Source: a virus
Lineage: Duplodnaviria; Caudoviricetes
Direction: 5' to 3' (one strand)
Virus record (IMG/VR): IMGVR_UViG_3300032144_000013
Location: 1-53,944 of that record
DNA length: 53,944 nucleotides
The translations under genes and the position numbers were made by a program. This document shows positions 37,939 to 47,394 of this stretch, one piece after another (positions within the stretch are counted from its first letter, which is position 1; every line of letters begins with the position of its first letter). A model generated the notes under the pieces. That model ran no database searches, was not told the DNA's origin, and saw only the letters and a program-made list of their open reading frames with translations.

Positions 37939-39251
37939 AGCCCCACCACCTCCGCAATGAACCTGTTACGCTCAGTCAGTTCGTTCTGACGCTTCGTCCA
38001 GCGGGCAATCTCCGCAGTGTTCTTTGCCGTCTGCTGGTCCGCCGCGTCCCGCAGGTTCATCGGCCCAGCAATTGCCTGGTTGATGGCAGACACATCGCCG
38101 GAAGAACCCATTCCGAAGGCTGAGGGGAGTTTCGAGAACGAAGACACGTCCATGTCGCCAGACGCGGCGTCAATTCGCTCCTGTAGATCGGCGATTTCCT
38201 GTTCGTTCCTGAGTCGCTCGTCATCCATCCCAGCGCGATCGCTGCCCGACAGAAACTGCTCGAATTCAACATCTGCATCCCGCGATCGCTTACGCGCCGC
38301 CTCCGCCTCCTCGACGGCTTTGATCTGCGCCTCAATGGCGCGGATGACTTTGATGCGTTCCGCGTCCTCACGCCCTAGCGCCTGCGACAACCGGTCCGTT
38401 TCCTTGATCTCCTCGCGCAACGCCTCCAACCGCATGTCCTGCTCGGCCGTGCGGTTGCTGTTGAACTGGAGATTCTGAAGCTCAGTGTCGAGCTGGTTGC
38501 GCAGCGCCAGCAGACTGCCGCCTTGATCGAATGCGTCGCCACCCTGCGCGACAAGTTCCGACTGCTGTTCCTTCAGCGCATCCAGATCGGTTGATTTCTG
38601 GATGCCCCGAATCTCGCTCGACGATGAACCGCTATTGGCGATGGCGTCGCGCGTCTGCTGGATTGAATCGCGGTATTCGTCAACCGCCTTCTTCGCCAGT
38701 TCGATCTTCTTCCGCTCCGATTCTTCCCACCACTTGACGGCGAGTTGCGCCACAGCCAGGGCGCCAATGGCTCCCAGAGCAACCTTGATGTTCCCGAGCT
38801 GCATCGCCAGAAAAGACAGGTTGTTCGCTGCGCCACGGATGCCGCCGGCCACGCCGCCTGTCTGGAATCCGGCAACAAAGTCGTCAAGCGCGAACACGCC
38901 CTGCTGCGCTGCCGTCTGGACTCGCCCGAGCCCGTTCGCTGACTGCTGCGCCGCCTTGCCCACCATCAGGAACTGTTCGGCCTCATTGTCGAGCACCTGA
39001 GACAGTCGGCTCGCGTTCTGTTGCAGCATCACCTGAGTGGCGATGTGGTTCTCGAACAGCGCATCGGCTTCAGTGACTGGCGCAAGCGACGCCCGGAACG
39101 CCTGCCGCAGAGACTGCATCGACGCGCCCGACTTCTCCGCAGCATCCGAGACGAGATTCAGGTTGCGAATCGCGTCTTGAGTCATGGCGTTAAGACTGGG
39201 GTCAGTCTCCCCAGTCAGAAGCAACGCCATTTTGCCGACGGATTCAGCCAC
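37935..39251 (-). CDS. Tape measure protein (short, 438 aa)
   Basis: Follows the chaperones; helical A/Q-rich with a hydrophobic middle segment (FALDDF...GIRGAANNL). Confidence 0.75.
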   Translation of the reverse strand: MAESVGKMALLLTGETDPSLNAMTQDAIRNLNLVSDAAEKSGASMQSLRQAFRASLAPVTEADALFENHIATQVMLQQNASRLSQVLDNEAEQFLMVGKAAQQSANGLGRVQTAAQQGVFALDDFVAGFQTGGVAGGIRGAANNLSFLAMQLGNIKVALGAIGALAVAQLAVKWWEESERKKIELAKKAVDEYRDSIQQTRDAIANSGSSSSEIRGIQKSTDLDALKEQQSELVAQGGDAFDQGGSLLALRNQLDTELQNLQFNSNRTAEQDMRLEALREEIKETDRLSQALGREDAERIKVIRAIEAQIKAVEEAEAARKRSRDADVEFEQFLSGSDRAGMDDERLRNEQEIADLQERIDAASGDMDVSSFSKLPSAFGMGSSGDVSAINQAIAGPMNLRDAADQQTAKNTAEIARWTKRQNELTERNRFIAEVVGL

Positions 39252-39573
39252 CGTTGATAATCTTCAGCTTTGCGGGGTCAAACAGAATCGCCTTCATCTC
39301 CGCGACGGACTGCCGCTTACGCATCGCGGGACGCTTGGGGATGAACTTGTCGATCGAACGATGGCTGAACTTCACGTGCGGCGCGGAGTGTGCTGCCTGA
39401 GCGATGGTCGCTGCCTGAACCCAGTCGTCGCCCCACGGATGCAGCCGCTTGTAGGCGATGTGGTGGACGAACTCGGCATAGGACATCCGCTGCTTCAACT
39501 CTGCGACCGTCGCACCCATTCGTGTGGACAGGAAGAACCAGAACGATTCTTCGCTGTCCTCTGTCAGTTTTTT
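39244..39573 (-). CDS. Tail assembly chaperone GT (frameshift extension)
   Basis: The -1 frame from the slippery site reads KLTEDSEESFWFFLSTRMGATVAELKQRMSYAEF. Confidence 0.8.
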   Translation of the reverse strand, partial: KKLTEDSEESFWFFLSTRMGATVAELKQRMSYAEFVHHIAYKRLHPWGDDWVQAATIAQAAHSAPHVKFSHRSIDKFIPKRPAMRKRQSVAEMKAILFDPAKLKIINGG

Positions 39574-39908
39574 TCGGCGTCCTTGACTCCCTTCTCACCG
39601 ACGTAGTTGATGCTCGCGATGCGAGACCACACACGTTCGATTGCCGATGCCGGCCACGTGGCCTGGATGCGCTCGACATCGCCGTTGCTGTCGAACACAC
39701 GCTCCCCAGATTCATCAACTGCGCTGACGGCAACGGCTGCGGCCCGATTGAATCGCGTGTCGTCGCCATGCTTTCGCAGAATGGCGAACAAGTCCTCGCG
39801 GGTCGCACCGCTCCACTGACGGATGCGGAGAGAATCGCCGAATTCCGGCAACTCCACGTCCTCAGTCGCGAGCGGTGGCGGTTGAAAGTCTTTGCCAAGC
39901 AGAGCCAT
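39564..39908 (-). CDS. Tail assembly chaperone G
   Basis: Between the major tail and tape measure genes; ends AEKN at A-AAA-AAC. Confidence 0.85.
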   Translation of the reverse strand: MALLGKDFQPPPLATEDVELPEFGDSLRIRQWSGATREDLFAILRKHGDDTRFNRAAAVAVSAVDESGERVFDSNGDVERIQATWPASAIERVWSRIASINYVGEKGVKDAEKN

Positions 39909-39916
39909 GTTGAGCC

Positions 39917-40327
39917 TTACGGTTGTGCTGCTGTGATCGTGACGCCGCCAGTGAGCTTCAGGCTGGCACTGTAGGATGCCGCGTCGTCATCGACGGTCCC
40001 GCCGCTGAATGAGAAGTCCACAAGAAAACCGCTCGCCACCCACGTCGATGCCGTGGTCTCTCCGGTGTCCAGAGGGAACGTGACCGTCACGGTTTCGGCC
40101 GATCCGGTCATCGGAGTAATCAGCAACTTGTCGTGGTCAAAGTGCCCCTGGATCTCCAGAGTTCCGGCGTTGTAAAGGTCGCTTGGACGGAACGTCATTC
40201 CGCCAGTGGTGCCACTGTGCGACGTCGCAACCGCAGTGCGATTGATTCCCGTCCACGACAGATTCGTGAGTTCGGCAAAGAACCCAGTGGAGAACGTGAT
40301 CGTTACGCCGTGTAGTTGGTCGGCCAT
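39917..40327 (-). CDS. Major tail (tube) protein
   Basis: Position; TVTVTFP...ASGFL...SASLKLTG. Confidence 0.8.
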   Translation of the reverse strand: MADQLHGVTITFSTGFFAELTNLSWTGINRTAVATSHSGTTGGMTFRPSDLYNAGTLEIQGHFDHDKLLITPMTGSAETVTVTFPLDTGETTASTWVASGFLVDFSFSGGTVDDDAASYSASLKLTGGVTITAAQP

Positions 40328-40335
40328 GACTGTCC

Positions 40336-40758
40336 TCAGCTAAAAGTCCCAACCGTTTCCCGATAGGACACGGCGTATTCCTGAGTCACAAAATGCGGTG
40401 CTTCGTTCTGTGCGAATTCCAGCGGTTCCAAACTGTCCCGCTCGTCCTCAAGTCGAATCTGCTTCACGTAGGTTGAACCGATCGTGCCTCGCGGCTTGCC
40501 GTCGAACTTCAATCGGAACTGGTCTGCAAGGTTCGCCGCCGCTGCATACGTCTCCGCAAAGTGCACCATCCGCACTGTCGTAGTAATCTCTCCCGTACTG
40601 CCTCCCGAATGGCTCGATCGCTTGTTCGCAGGTCGGTAATAAATCGTGTACGGCAGGTCGGCTGACTTCGCGAGTTGCGGAAAAAACCGCGTTCCAATGA
40701 GCGTCGTGATCGTCGCCTGTGCTTCCACATACGTTGCCAAGTCGGTCATCAGGCTCAT
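40336..40758 (-). CDS. Tail completion/terminator protein (DUF3168-like)
   Basis: LIGTRFFPQLA...LPYTIY...AETYAAA. Confidence 0.75.
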   Translation of the reverse strand: MSLMTDLATYVEAQATITTLIGTRFFPQLAKSADLPYTIYYRPANKRSSHSGGSTGEITTTVRMVHFAETYAAAANLADQFRLKFDGKPRGTIGSTYVKQIRLEDERDSLEPLEFAQNEAPHFVTQEYAVSYRETVGTFS

Positions 40759-41459
40759 GGGATGCCCAGCTTTCCGAACTCGCGGGTGATCCCGTGCTCG
40801 ATCGACGCTCCAAACGCCATCCGTGATGCGTGGGCAGCGTTCTCTTCGGCAGCACGCATGAACTTGTACGCACGACTCCTGCGCGTCCCCTTTTCAATCA
40901 AATGCAGGTATCGCGTCGGAATGCGGCGCTGTGTGCGACCTTGCTTCGGGTTGAGACGTGCTTTGCGGGCGATCGGACCGATGTTCTTCAGTGCCCGATG
41001 CTTAACGCTGTGAACGCCCCGTCGAATCTTCTTCCCGCGACGCCGTACCGAGATGGACTGTACGCTCCCGGTCTGGTCAATCTTCACGATCTCCGCGTAC
41101 CCACGACGCGCGCCGATCTTCGCATAGGCCACACCGGGGTCTGACTTCGACGTTCCAACCTTGATGCCGATTGACCGCACAGACGCGCCGATGCTCTCTT
41201 GTCGCGGAGACTTTGCCGCGTCCGCTCGCATGTACTGCTTGAGCATCTTGGCGACGGGCCGCGCCGACGCGGCGACAGCATTTCGCAACAGCTTCCGCTG
41301 GATGGTGACGGTCAATCGCGCAAGGTCTCTCTTGATGGCATCGCTGCCGAGCAACCGCACTGCCAGAACGCCGCGCGCACTGCCGGCGAGAGAACGGCCG
41401 CCAATCGAGCGACCGCCTCTCTGAAACAAGTTCCCGCGCGCATCGAGACGTGCTGCCAT
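40755..41459 (-). CDS. HK97 gp10-like tail-component protein
   Basis: Basic; YLHLIEKGT...YKFMRAA. Confidence 0.75.
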   Translation of the reverse strand: MAARLDARGNLFQRGGRSIGGRSLAGSARGVLAVRLLGSDAIKRDLARLTVTIQRKLLRNAVAASARPVAKMLKQYMRADAAKSPRQESIGASVRSIGIKVGTSKSDPGVAYAKIGARRGYAEIVKIDQTGSVQSISVRRRGKKIRRGVHSVKHRALKNIGPIARKARLNPKQGRTQRRIPTRYLHLIEKGTRRSRAYKFMRAAEENAAHASRMAFGASIEHGITREFGKLGIP

Positions 41460-41570
41460 CAGCCTTCCTTCTTTGGCTTTGGAGTCTTCTCACGCTCCAC
41501 GCCGCAGCTCGTACACCGGATGTAATCCGGCAACTGACGCTGGTCGCAATTCGGACACTTCACCGCCATC

Positions 41571-42218
41571 TCACGCCTCCACTGGTTGCTGTGCACGACC
41601 GGGAACCAATGCCCCGAGGTCAATCCGTCGGAAGTGCCCACACCGCACGTTGCCATGCGCCACGATGCGACACCCCGCGTCCTTCGCGCGACGGCAGAAG
41701 TCCACGTCGTCGCTGGTTGACTCGAAATGCCCGTCTTCGTTGAGCCAGCTCGGCCACTGGAACCACGCACCCGGATTGCCGACTCGCCCGAACACGTCAC
41801 GTTGAATCAGCATGCAGCCCGTCGCCACACGGTCCGCCTCAATCACCCCGTCGAACCACTGGCGCACCCAGTCGCCGTCCACTCGCACGGCAATCGATGG
41901 AACGATCCGCCGCCCTTGTTCAGCGAGGAACACGTAGCAGCCACCAGCAATGTCTGCGTCGGCTTCAACCAGGCGCGTAATCGTGTCCGGTGGAATGCAC
42001 ACGTCGTCATCAATGAACAGCAGGTGCGTGCAGTCGCTCGCCAGGAACGTCGCCACGACACGATTGCGTCCGATTGCCACGCCGTACCGCTCGATGCACC
42101 GCGTGTAGCGACACTCGATGCCTTGCGCCTCAGCCTGCTGCATCGCGGACGTAACGGCGTCCTTGACCTCGTCCTGCAAGGCCGTGTCGCGTGTCAGGAT
42201 GGCACACAGGACATTCAC
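41571..42218 (-). CDS. Glycosyltransferase (GT-A fold, GT2-like)
   Basis: GRNRVV...HLLFIDDD...ATGCMLIQRDVF...SDDVDFC...CGH. Confidence 0.85.
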   Translation of the reverse strand: MNVLCAILTRDTALQDEVKDAVTSAMQQAEAQGIECRYTRCIERYGVAIGRNRVVATFLASDCTHLLFIDDDVCIPPDTITRLVEADADIAGGCYVFLAEQGRRIVPSIAVRVDGDWVRQWFDGVIEADRVATGCMLIQRDVFGRVGNPGAWFQWPSWLNEDGHFESTSDDVDFCRRAKDAGCRIVAHGNVRCGHFRRIDLGALVPGRAQQPVEA

Positions 42219-42586
42219 GCCGTCTGCTCCATCGCCCGGACCTTCACGCCCGTTGGGAATCCACCGTCGTCAACAATTGGCATTGCCGGTCCATCGCAAC
42301 TGACTTCCCGGTTCCCGAAACTGTGCAGCGTCATCTTCATGTCACTCGTGATCGCCAGCGGTTTCGTGCCCCAGTTGAATTCGACCACCCAGCCGACCGA
42401 CCCTTGCACCTGCTCCGACTGAACGACCTCTCGGGTGCTCATCGCCCGGCAGAACGCGAAGCTCGTCTTGAAGAACTCCACGTAACTGGGGATCTGCTCG
42501 TTGGCTGCGTCCTGCGTGTAAACCGGCTTCTTTACAGTCACCTTGTGCCGCCGCTTGCCGATGTCGTCGCACTTGCACGAGGTCAC
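42215..42586 (-). CDS. Head closure protein (SPP1 gp16-like)
   Basis: IGKRRHKVTV...STREVVQSEQ; position after the connector. Confidence 0.75.
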   Translation of the reverse strand: MTSCKCDDIGKRRHKVTVKKPVYTQDAANEQIPSYVEFFKTSFAFCRAMSTREVVQSEQVQGSVGWVVEFNWGTKPLAITSDMKMTLHSFGNREVSCDGPAMPIVDDGGFPTGVKVRAMEQTA

Positions 42587-43164
42587 TTCGGCACCCGGAA
42601 CGAATAGTTGTCCAACAGCGGCTTAACACCGAACGGGATCTCGCTCATGTCGCAACCGCCCGCCGTGCGGTGCTGATACCAGTGCGCCACCAGCATCAAC
42701 AGCGCCGTCTTGATCGCCTTCGGAACCGCACTCGCCGCCCCGTAACCAGCCGTGAATGTCACAGTCACGTCGTTGCGGAACCCGCGTACCGCCGGCCAGG
42801 ACTGGTTGTAGGCCGGATAGATCAGACCCGGTTTCGCAACCACGTCCGCAATCCACTGAGTCGTCTCCGTCAGCGTCTGAGTGACGCCGCTGTTGTCCAC
42901 ATACGAAATCGCAGTCACGTCGAGCACGGGATTCGGATGCAGCGGGATCTGCGTGCAGTGGAAGTCGTGCATCCGCATCTTCCACGTCGCCGTCACGAAC
43001 TGAGACCAGCAGTAGTCCTGCCCCCACAGCGTCGCCGCGTGAATCAGTCCGTCCACGACTGCGGTCTCTTCCGGAGAATCGATCCGGCAGTGCGCAGCCA
43101 CTTCCGTCCACGAAATCGGCGTTTCGTTGGGTGCGACGGTCTGTTCGTAAGTGGCACGCGACAA
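42583..43164 (-). CDS. Head-tail connector (gp6-like)
   Basis: AHCRID...VTFTAGYG...VPKAIKTALLMLVAHWYQHR. Confidence 0.88.
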   Translation of the reverse strand: MSRATYEQTVAPNETPISWTEVAAHCRIDSPEETAVVDGLIHAATLWGQDYCWSQFVTATWKMRMHDFHCTQIPLHPNPVLDVTAISYVDNSGVTQTLTETTQWIADVVAKPGLIYPAYNQSWPAVRGFRNDVTVTFTAGYGAASAVPKAIKTALLMLVAHWYQHRTAGGCDMSEIPFGVKPLLDNYSFRVPK

Positions 43165-43167
43165 TGG

Positions 43168-44358
43168 CTAAATCTCCTGCTTCTTGCGGGTGCAGTGACC
43201 CGCCCGCGCGTGCTTGTTCCACCACTCCGTGATGTGGCGATGGACCGGCTTCATTTCTTCGTCGTATTCCGACACGACCAACTCCAGGTGTCCAATGCGC
43301 ACATCAGGCGCGACATAGACGGAATGACCGGCAGCCTTCCACTTGTCCCAGAACGTGATGTCGTCGTCCCGTCGGCCCTCGCCCCACTCCCCGTTCGCGT
43401 CAGGGACGGCGTGCAGCCACGGTTTCGGCATGTCCGCGAGACATTTCACCCGCAGCAGCGTCAGGCCGAAGTGCGCGGTATCAACACGCACCGGATCCCA
43501 CGTCACTTCCGCCTCGCGCTTGCCGGCGATCCCCATGAGCGGGGTTTCCGCGCCGCGACGCATTTGCAGAGCTGCTATTGCGTCGATATCTTGGCGCTGC
43601 GCGAGGATTCTCAGAAGCCGCTCGACATGACACGGGAGAATCATCGAGTCGTAGTCGAGCGTCAGCAGCCAATCGATCCCCTCTGCCAGTGCCCGCTGGA
43701 AACCAGCCTGAATGTTCTGGCCCCAGAAGCATCCGGTATGCGTCTCGATCGGGATGCCGTGTGCGTGCAGGGCTTCGGTGATTGACAGCCATGCGTCGTT
43801 CCATCCGACGCGAGGCAGACCCATCGTCGCGCGCACCTTGACGTCCACAGACGTCGCTGCAGGACGCTCCCCCTTGTCGGCCTCCAGGTTCAGGCTGATG
43901 GCGTCGAACGACGCGAGGTCCGTGTTCTGACTGGACCAGTGCCGGACGTCGTGGAAGCCGAATGTCTCCAAGTAGCCACGCAGGCGATTCTCGTCCCACG
44001 CCGACTTGTGGAAATCGTCGGCGTCAGTCTGGCCCCCCATCAGGTAGTACGCCCACTTCGGATCGGACTCTGTCAGGAATGCCACCTTCCGCACGTCAGG
44101 AACGCTGATCCGCAGCCTCCCACCGGGACGAAGCACACGCCGCCACTCTTCCAGCGCCTTCAGCACCTCCGCAAACGACAGGTGCTCCAGCATGTGGACG
44201 CAGCGGATTTCCTCGACGCTGTTGTCCGCATAAGCGAGCGGGTACGCTTCCGTTCCGAGCTTGCGATCGATCGCCGTGAAACCGGGAATGACCGTATCGC
44301 CCGCACCGATGTTGAGGCGGATCAGTCCGTCGGCAGGAGGTGAAAGCGTGTCATGCAT
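43168..44358 (-). CDS. SAM-dependent methyltransferase fused to a GT-A glycosyltransferase
   Basis: RLNIGAG...HMLEH...RVLRPGG N-terminus; LTLDYD...HFGLTLLR...DDDITFW...IGH C-terminus. Confidence 0.82.
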   Translation of the reverse strand: MHDTLSPPADGLIRLNIGAGDTVIPGFTAIDRKLGTEAYPLAYADNSVEEIRCVHMLEHLSFAEVLKALEEWRRVLRPGGRLRISVPDVRKVAFLTESDPKWAYYLMGGQTDADDFHKSAWDENRLRGYLETFGFHDVRHWSSQNTDLASFDAISLNLEADKGERPAATSVDVKVRATMGLPRVGWNDAWLSITEALHAHGIPIETHTGCFWGQNIQAGFQRALAEGIDWLLTLDYDSMILPCHVERLLRILAQRQDIDAIAALQMRRGAETPLMGIAGKREAEVTWDPVRVDTAHFGLTLLRVKCLADMPKPWLHAVPDANGEWGEGRRDDDITFWDKWKAAGHSVYVAPDVRIGHLELVVSEYDEEMKPVHRHITEWWNKHARAGHCTRKKQEI

Positions 44359-44464
44359 GAGAGTTGATCCGCATAGTGAGCCGCGCACGGATGTAAGCGG
44401 GACGACAATTGATCCCACGGGTGCGGCTCAATGCTCCGTGGTCGCCTGCCGCCCGCATTCCGCA

Positions 44465-44902
44465 TCAGAGCACTACGACCGTGTCGTTCGTCGAACCCCG
44501 CAGAGCTGCGGTTCCCGGCAACGACTCTTCCTGACGTGACAGGATGGCAATCGCCGCCGCCGTCACGTGGTCGTTCGTGGTGGTCTCGGAGGTGATCGCG
44601 AGCTTGAGGTACCGCTTGCGAGCCTTCGTGTTGACGTGGAAGTTGGCTGCATGCGCCACCACCAGCGGCTCCGCCGTCAGCGTGCAGGAACTCGACCACG
44701 TCGCGAACGAACTGGTCGTGTCGCCTTCACTGACGACGATCGTCGGGCCAATGCCGTTCGTGTTGACCTCGATTCCCAGCGGAATCGTGATCGTCGCGAA
44801 GTCGCTGCCGAGCGTGTCGAGCGTGGCCGATCGCGTGGCACCGGCTGACTGCGTCGCAGCGGCCAGCATGACGGTCAGTTTTTGGCTGAAAGCGGGAATC
44901 AT
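44465..44902 (-). CDS. Putative capsid decoration protein
   Basis: Beta-rich 145 aa shortly after the capsid gene (LDTLG...RKRYLKL). Confidence 0.6.
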   Translation of the reverse strand: MIPAFSQKLTVMLAAATQSAGATRSATLDTLGSDFATITIPLGIEVNTNGIGPTIVVSEGDTTSSFATWSSSCTLTAEPLVVAHAANFHVNTKARKRYLKLAITSETTTNDHVTAAAIAILSRQEESLPGTAALRGSTNDTVVVL

Positions 44903-45132
44903 TACTCAATCTCCTCGATAGTTTCGGAGCGGCGCTGACGACGCTTCGGGGCTTCTGTGGACTCAGCACGCGGCTCGCTGATGCCGGCCGCGACAAGTGG
45001 CCTCGCAGTGACGAACTCCGCGACTCCACGCTGCACGAGTGCATCGTGGACCCCGTAGCCCATCGTTTCGTCTGTCGATCCGATGGGCTTTCGGTACGGA
45101 TTCGCTCGCAGGAATCGAATCGTGGTTTGCAT
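44902..45132 (-). CDS. Small head-associated hypothetical protein
   Basis: TAATG-coupled to the capsid gene; DALVQRGVAE. Confidence 0.6.
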   Translation of the reverse strand: MQTTIRFLRANPYRKPIGSTDETMGYGVHDALVQRGVAEFVTARPLVAAGISEPRAESTEAPKRRQRRSETIEEIE

Positions 45133-46634
45133 TACGTGCCTGTTGCCAAGCCGACAATCGGGCCGACCGCAGACGCAGTACCGCAGCCATGCACGTTGAC
45201 GTCGAATCGTTCGGTGCCGCGCACCGCAATCTGGTTGCGCTCGAACACCGACTGACCGCCAATGGTGGCGTGCTCGCTGAAACTGATGCTGGTCTGCTGG
45301 CGGTCGCCGAACAGGGCGCCAAGGGCGAAGTTGCCCAGCACCGCCGTCACACCAGTCGTCGCCGTTGCGTTCGGGAATACCTGGCTGAACTCGACCGGGT
45401 AGCCCAGGAACAGCGGTCGCGGCCGTCGGTCTCCGTTGGACACCTCCATCGCGGTCACGCCGCCGGACGCCAGTTCCAGCTTCTGCATGACTTCGGCGAA
45501 ATAGGTCTTGTGACAGACCCACACCGCGCCGTTGTCAGCGTAGACCGGCAACTTGCCGACAACCGCGTGGAAGTCCGCGAGCACCTGCGCGGACCAGGTG
45601 TTCGACGTGCCCTGAATCTTCAGGCCCGCCGAATCCGTGCCCGCGCCGTCGATGCTGGTCAACAGGTTGCGAACACCCTGAATGCCGCCATAGGTGCTGG
45701 TCCCGTCACCGTTGAAACCGCACTGGTCTTCCTTCTCGGAAAACGCATAGGCGATCTCTCCGGCCAGCGCGTCACCGATGTTGATAACGGCATCGGCGCT
45801 AAGCTGGTTCGTCATGCGGGCCAGCACCATCAGGTCCTTCGCCGACAACTGCACGTCGTCCCAAGTCATGTTCGACTCGGTTCCAGCGTCGCTTTCGTTG
45901 ACGAAATACGCCGTCAGACCAGCGGACCTGCGCGGCTCGTGCTTGATGTCGCTCGTCATCGCCACGCTGCCGAACAGCCGGCGCACAAGGCCGTACTGCT
46001 CGCGCAGGTCGATGAGGTCGCGGCTGAACTCGTCGGGAACGAGGTAGTGCCCGCCGGTCGTCACGTCGGTCTCACCGTGCGCGACGTTCACCGGGTTCAT
46101 GTAGTTCTCAACGAACTGCTTGCTGTAGGCGAAGTTGTAGCGCCCCGGCAGGTCTTGCGAGACACGCGCCAGAACCCACTGCCCGAAGCGATAGGCCCGG
46201 TGCTCAGCGTCCAGACCATCGCGCGGCTTGCCGTTCGTGTCGCGGAAGTTCTGAAGGGCACCGGACCGCCGCACGTTGCGGGGGATCTTGAACCGGATCG
46301 TCGGTTCGCCGTCCTGGTTCTCGGTCTCGATTGGCAGGCCATTGCGAGCTGAGGGAGCCGGGGTTCCGGCGGTCGGCTGCGTGCGTCGGGCCTGCACCTT
46401 CGGGGTCATCGCCTCCGCGCGGTCGGCGCGGGCGTTCTTCATGGCGATGTCTTCCTCCAACTGCTCCTTCTGCTTCTGGAGCTCCTCGAACAGCGCCTTG
46501 AGATTGGCGTACTGCGTGCGCTGTTCATCGCTGAACGCGCCGTCGTTTTCGAGATTCGCCTGACGCTCGATCTCCGCCTGGTCGGCGTCGATCTTCTTCA
46601 TGCGTGCGATGAGTTCAGCGAGCTGCTTGTCCAT
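45132..46634 (-). CDS. Major capsid protein, HK97 fold with delta domain
   Basis: Coiled-coil N-terminus, GGHYLVPDEF, FNGDGT, LFLGYPV, GNF, FERNQIAVRGTERFD. Confidence 0.95.
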   Translation of the reverse strand: MDKQLAELIARMKKIDADQAEIERQANLENDGAFSDEQRTQYANLKALFEELQKQKEQLEEDIAMKNARADRAEAMTPKVQARRTQPTAGTPAPSARNGLPIETENQDGEPTIRFKIPRNVRRSGALQNFRDTNGKPRDGLDAEHRAYRFGQWVLARVSQDLPGRYNFAYSKQFVENYMNPVNVAHGETDVTTGGHYLVPDEFSRDLIDLREQYGLVRRLFGSVAMTSDIKHEPRRSAGLTAYFVNESDAGTESNMTWDDVQLSAKDLMVLARMTNQLSADAVINIGDALAGEIAYAFSEKEDQCGFNGDGTSTYGGIQGVRNLLTSIDGAGTDSAGLKIQGTSNTWSAQVLADFHAVVGKLPVYADNGAVWVCHKTYFAEVMQKLELASGGVTAMEVSNGDRRPRPLFLGYPVEFSQVFPNATATTGVTAVLGNFALGALFGDRQQTSISFSEHATIGGQSVFERNQIAVRGTERFDVNVHGCGTASAVGPIVGLATGT

Positions 46635-46850
46635 TTCCGTCTCCGGGAATGCCGGTGACGGACGGGTCCAGAAACGCCAAACGCCGGCGAGTCACCGGCA
46701 GGTTCACTAGGAATCTGCCGATAACTGGCCGGCGCTCGTGGCACCTGGACTCAGCTATCTCTGCCCCGCGATGCGTGAACTCAAAGGTTCATCGACTACC
46801 GCAGGCGGCCGTGAATGATTTGTCAGAACGCATCTAAGAACAGGTCTGTA

Positions 46851-47000
46851 TCACTTTGCAATACCCGTTGTCGAGATTTTTTGAACTGTGGTTGGAGAGA
46901 CCCCGTACCGCCGCGCCGTGTCGCGCACGGAGGAATGCACCAGTGCCCGGAGGATCCGCTCGCGGTCTCGCTCGTCAATCGCGCGGCCCGGTGTCGCCAT
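46851..47000 (-). CDS. Small helix-turn-helix protein
   Basis: MATPGRAIDERDRERI...SVRDTARRYGVSPTTVQK. Confidence 0.6.
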   Translation of the reverse strand: MATPGRAIDERDRERILRALVHSSVRDTARRYGVSPTTVQKISTTGIAK

Positions 47001-47394
47001 CTTCGATCTCCAGTTCTGCCGCCACGGCAACCGCGACTTCCAGTTCCGGTGCGACTTCCTCACAAACGACTTCGGCGACAGGCACCGCACCGTCGAATCC
47101 CGGAACGATCTTGTCGGCTGTCAGCGCCAGCGCCTGAGTGCCCAGCCAGTCGTTGACGTGCCCAACCGCGTTCCGCTCGCGTTCGGAGAATGAATCGCCA
47201 CGACTGAACCGAAGCCGCAGCGCCACGTCGTCGGCCGCTGTATCTCCCATTGCCGCGCGAACGTATTCCACAACGCCAGCGTGCCACTCTTCGGCCACTG
47301 AGAAGTCGCCGAATGATGCCTGACCGCCTCCGCAGGCCGCGTCACCATCGCGTGCCAGCGCCAGCAACCCGTCGCGCACTTCCTGAACAGTCAT
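46975..47394 (-). CDS. Hypothetical acidic protein
   Basis: ATGA-coupled to the epimerase. Confidence 0.55.
   Translation of the reverse strand: MTVQEVRDGLLALARDGDAACGGGQASFGDFSVAEEWHAGVVEYVRAAMGDTAADDVALRLRFSRGDSFSERERNAVGHVNDWLGTQALALTADKIVPGFDGAVPVAEVVCEEVAPELEVAVAVAAELEIEDGDTGPRD

Noticed and set aside
46832-46861. Fifth TTGCAA promoter upstream of the capsid gene
   Set aside because: No convincing -10 box at 16-18 nt spacing
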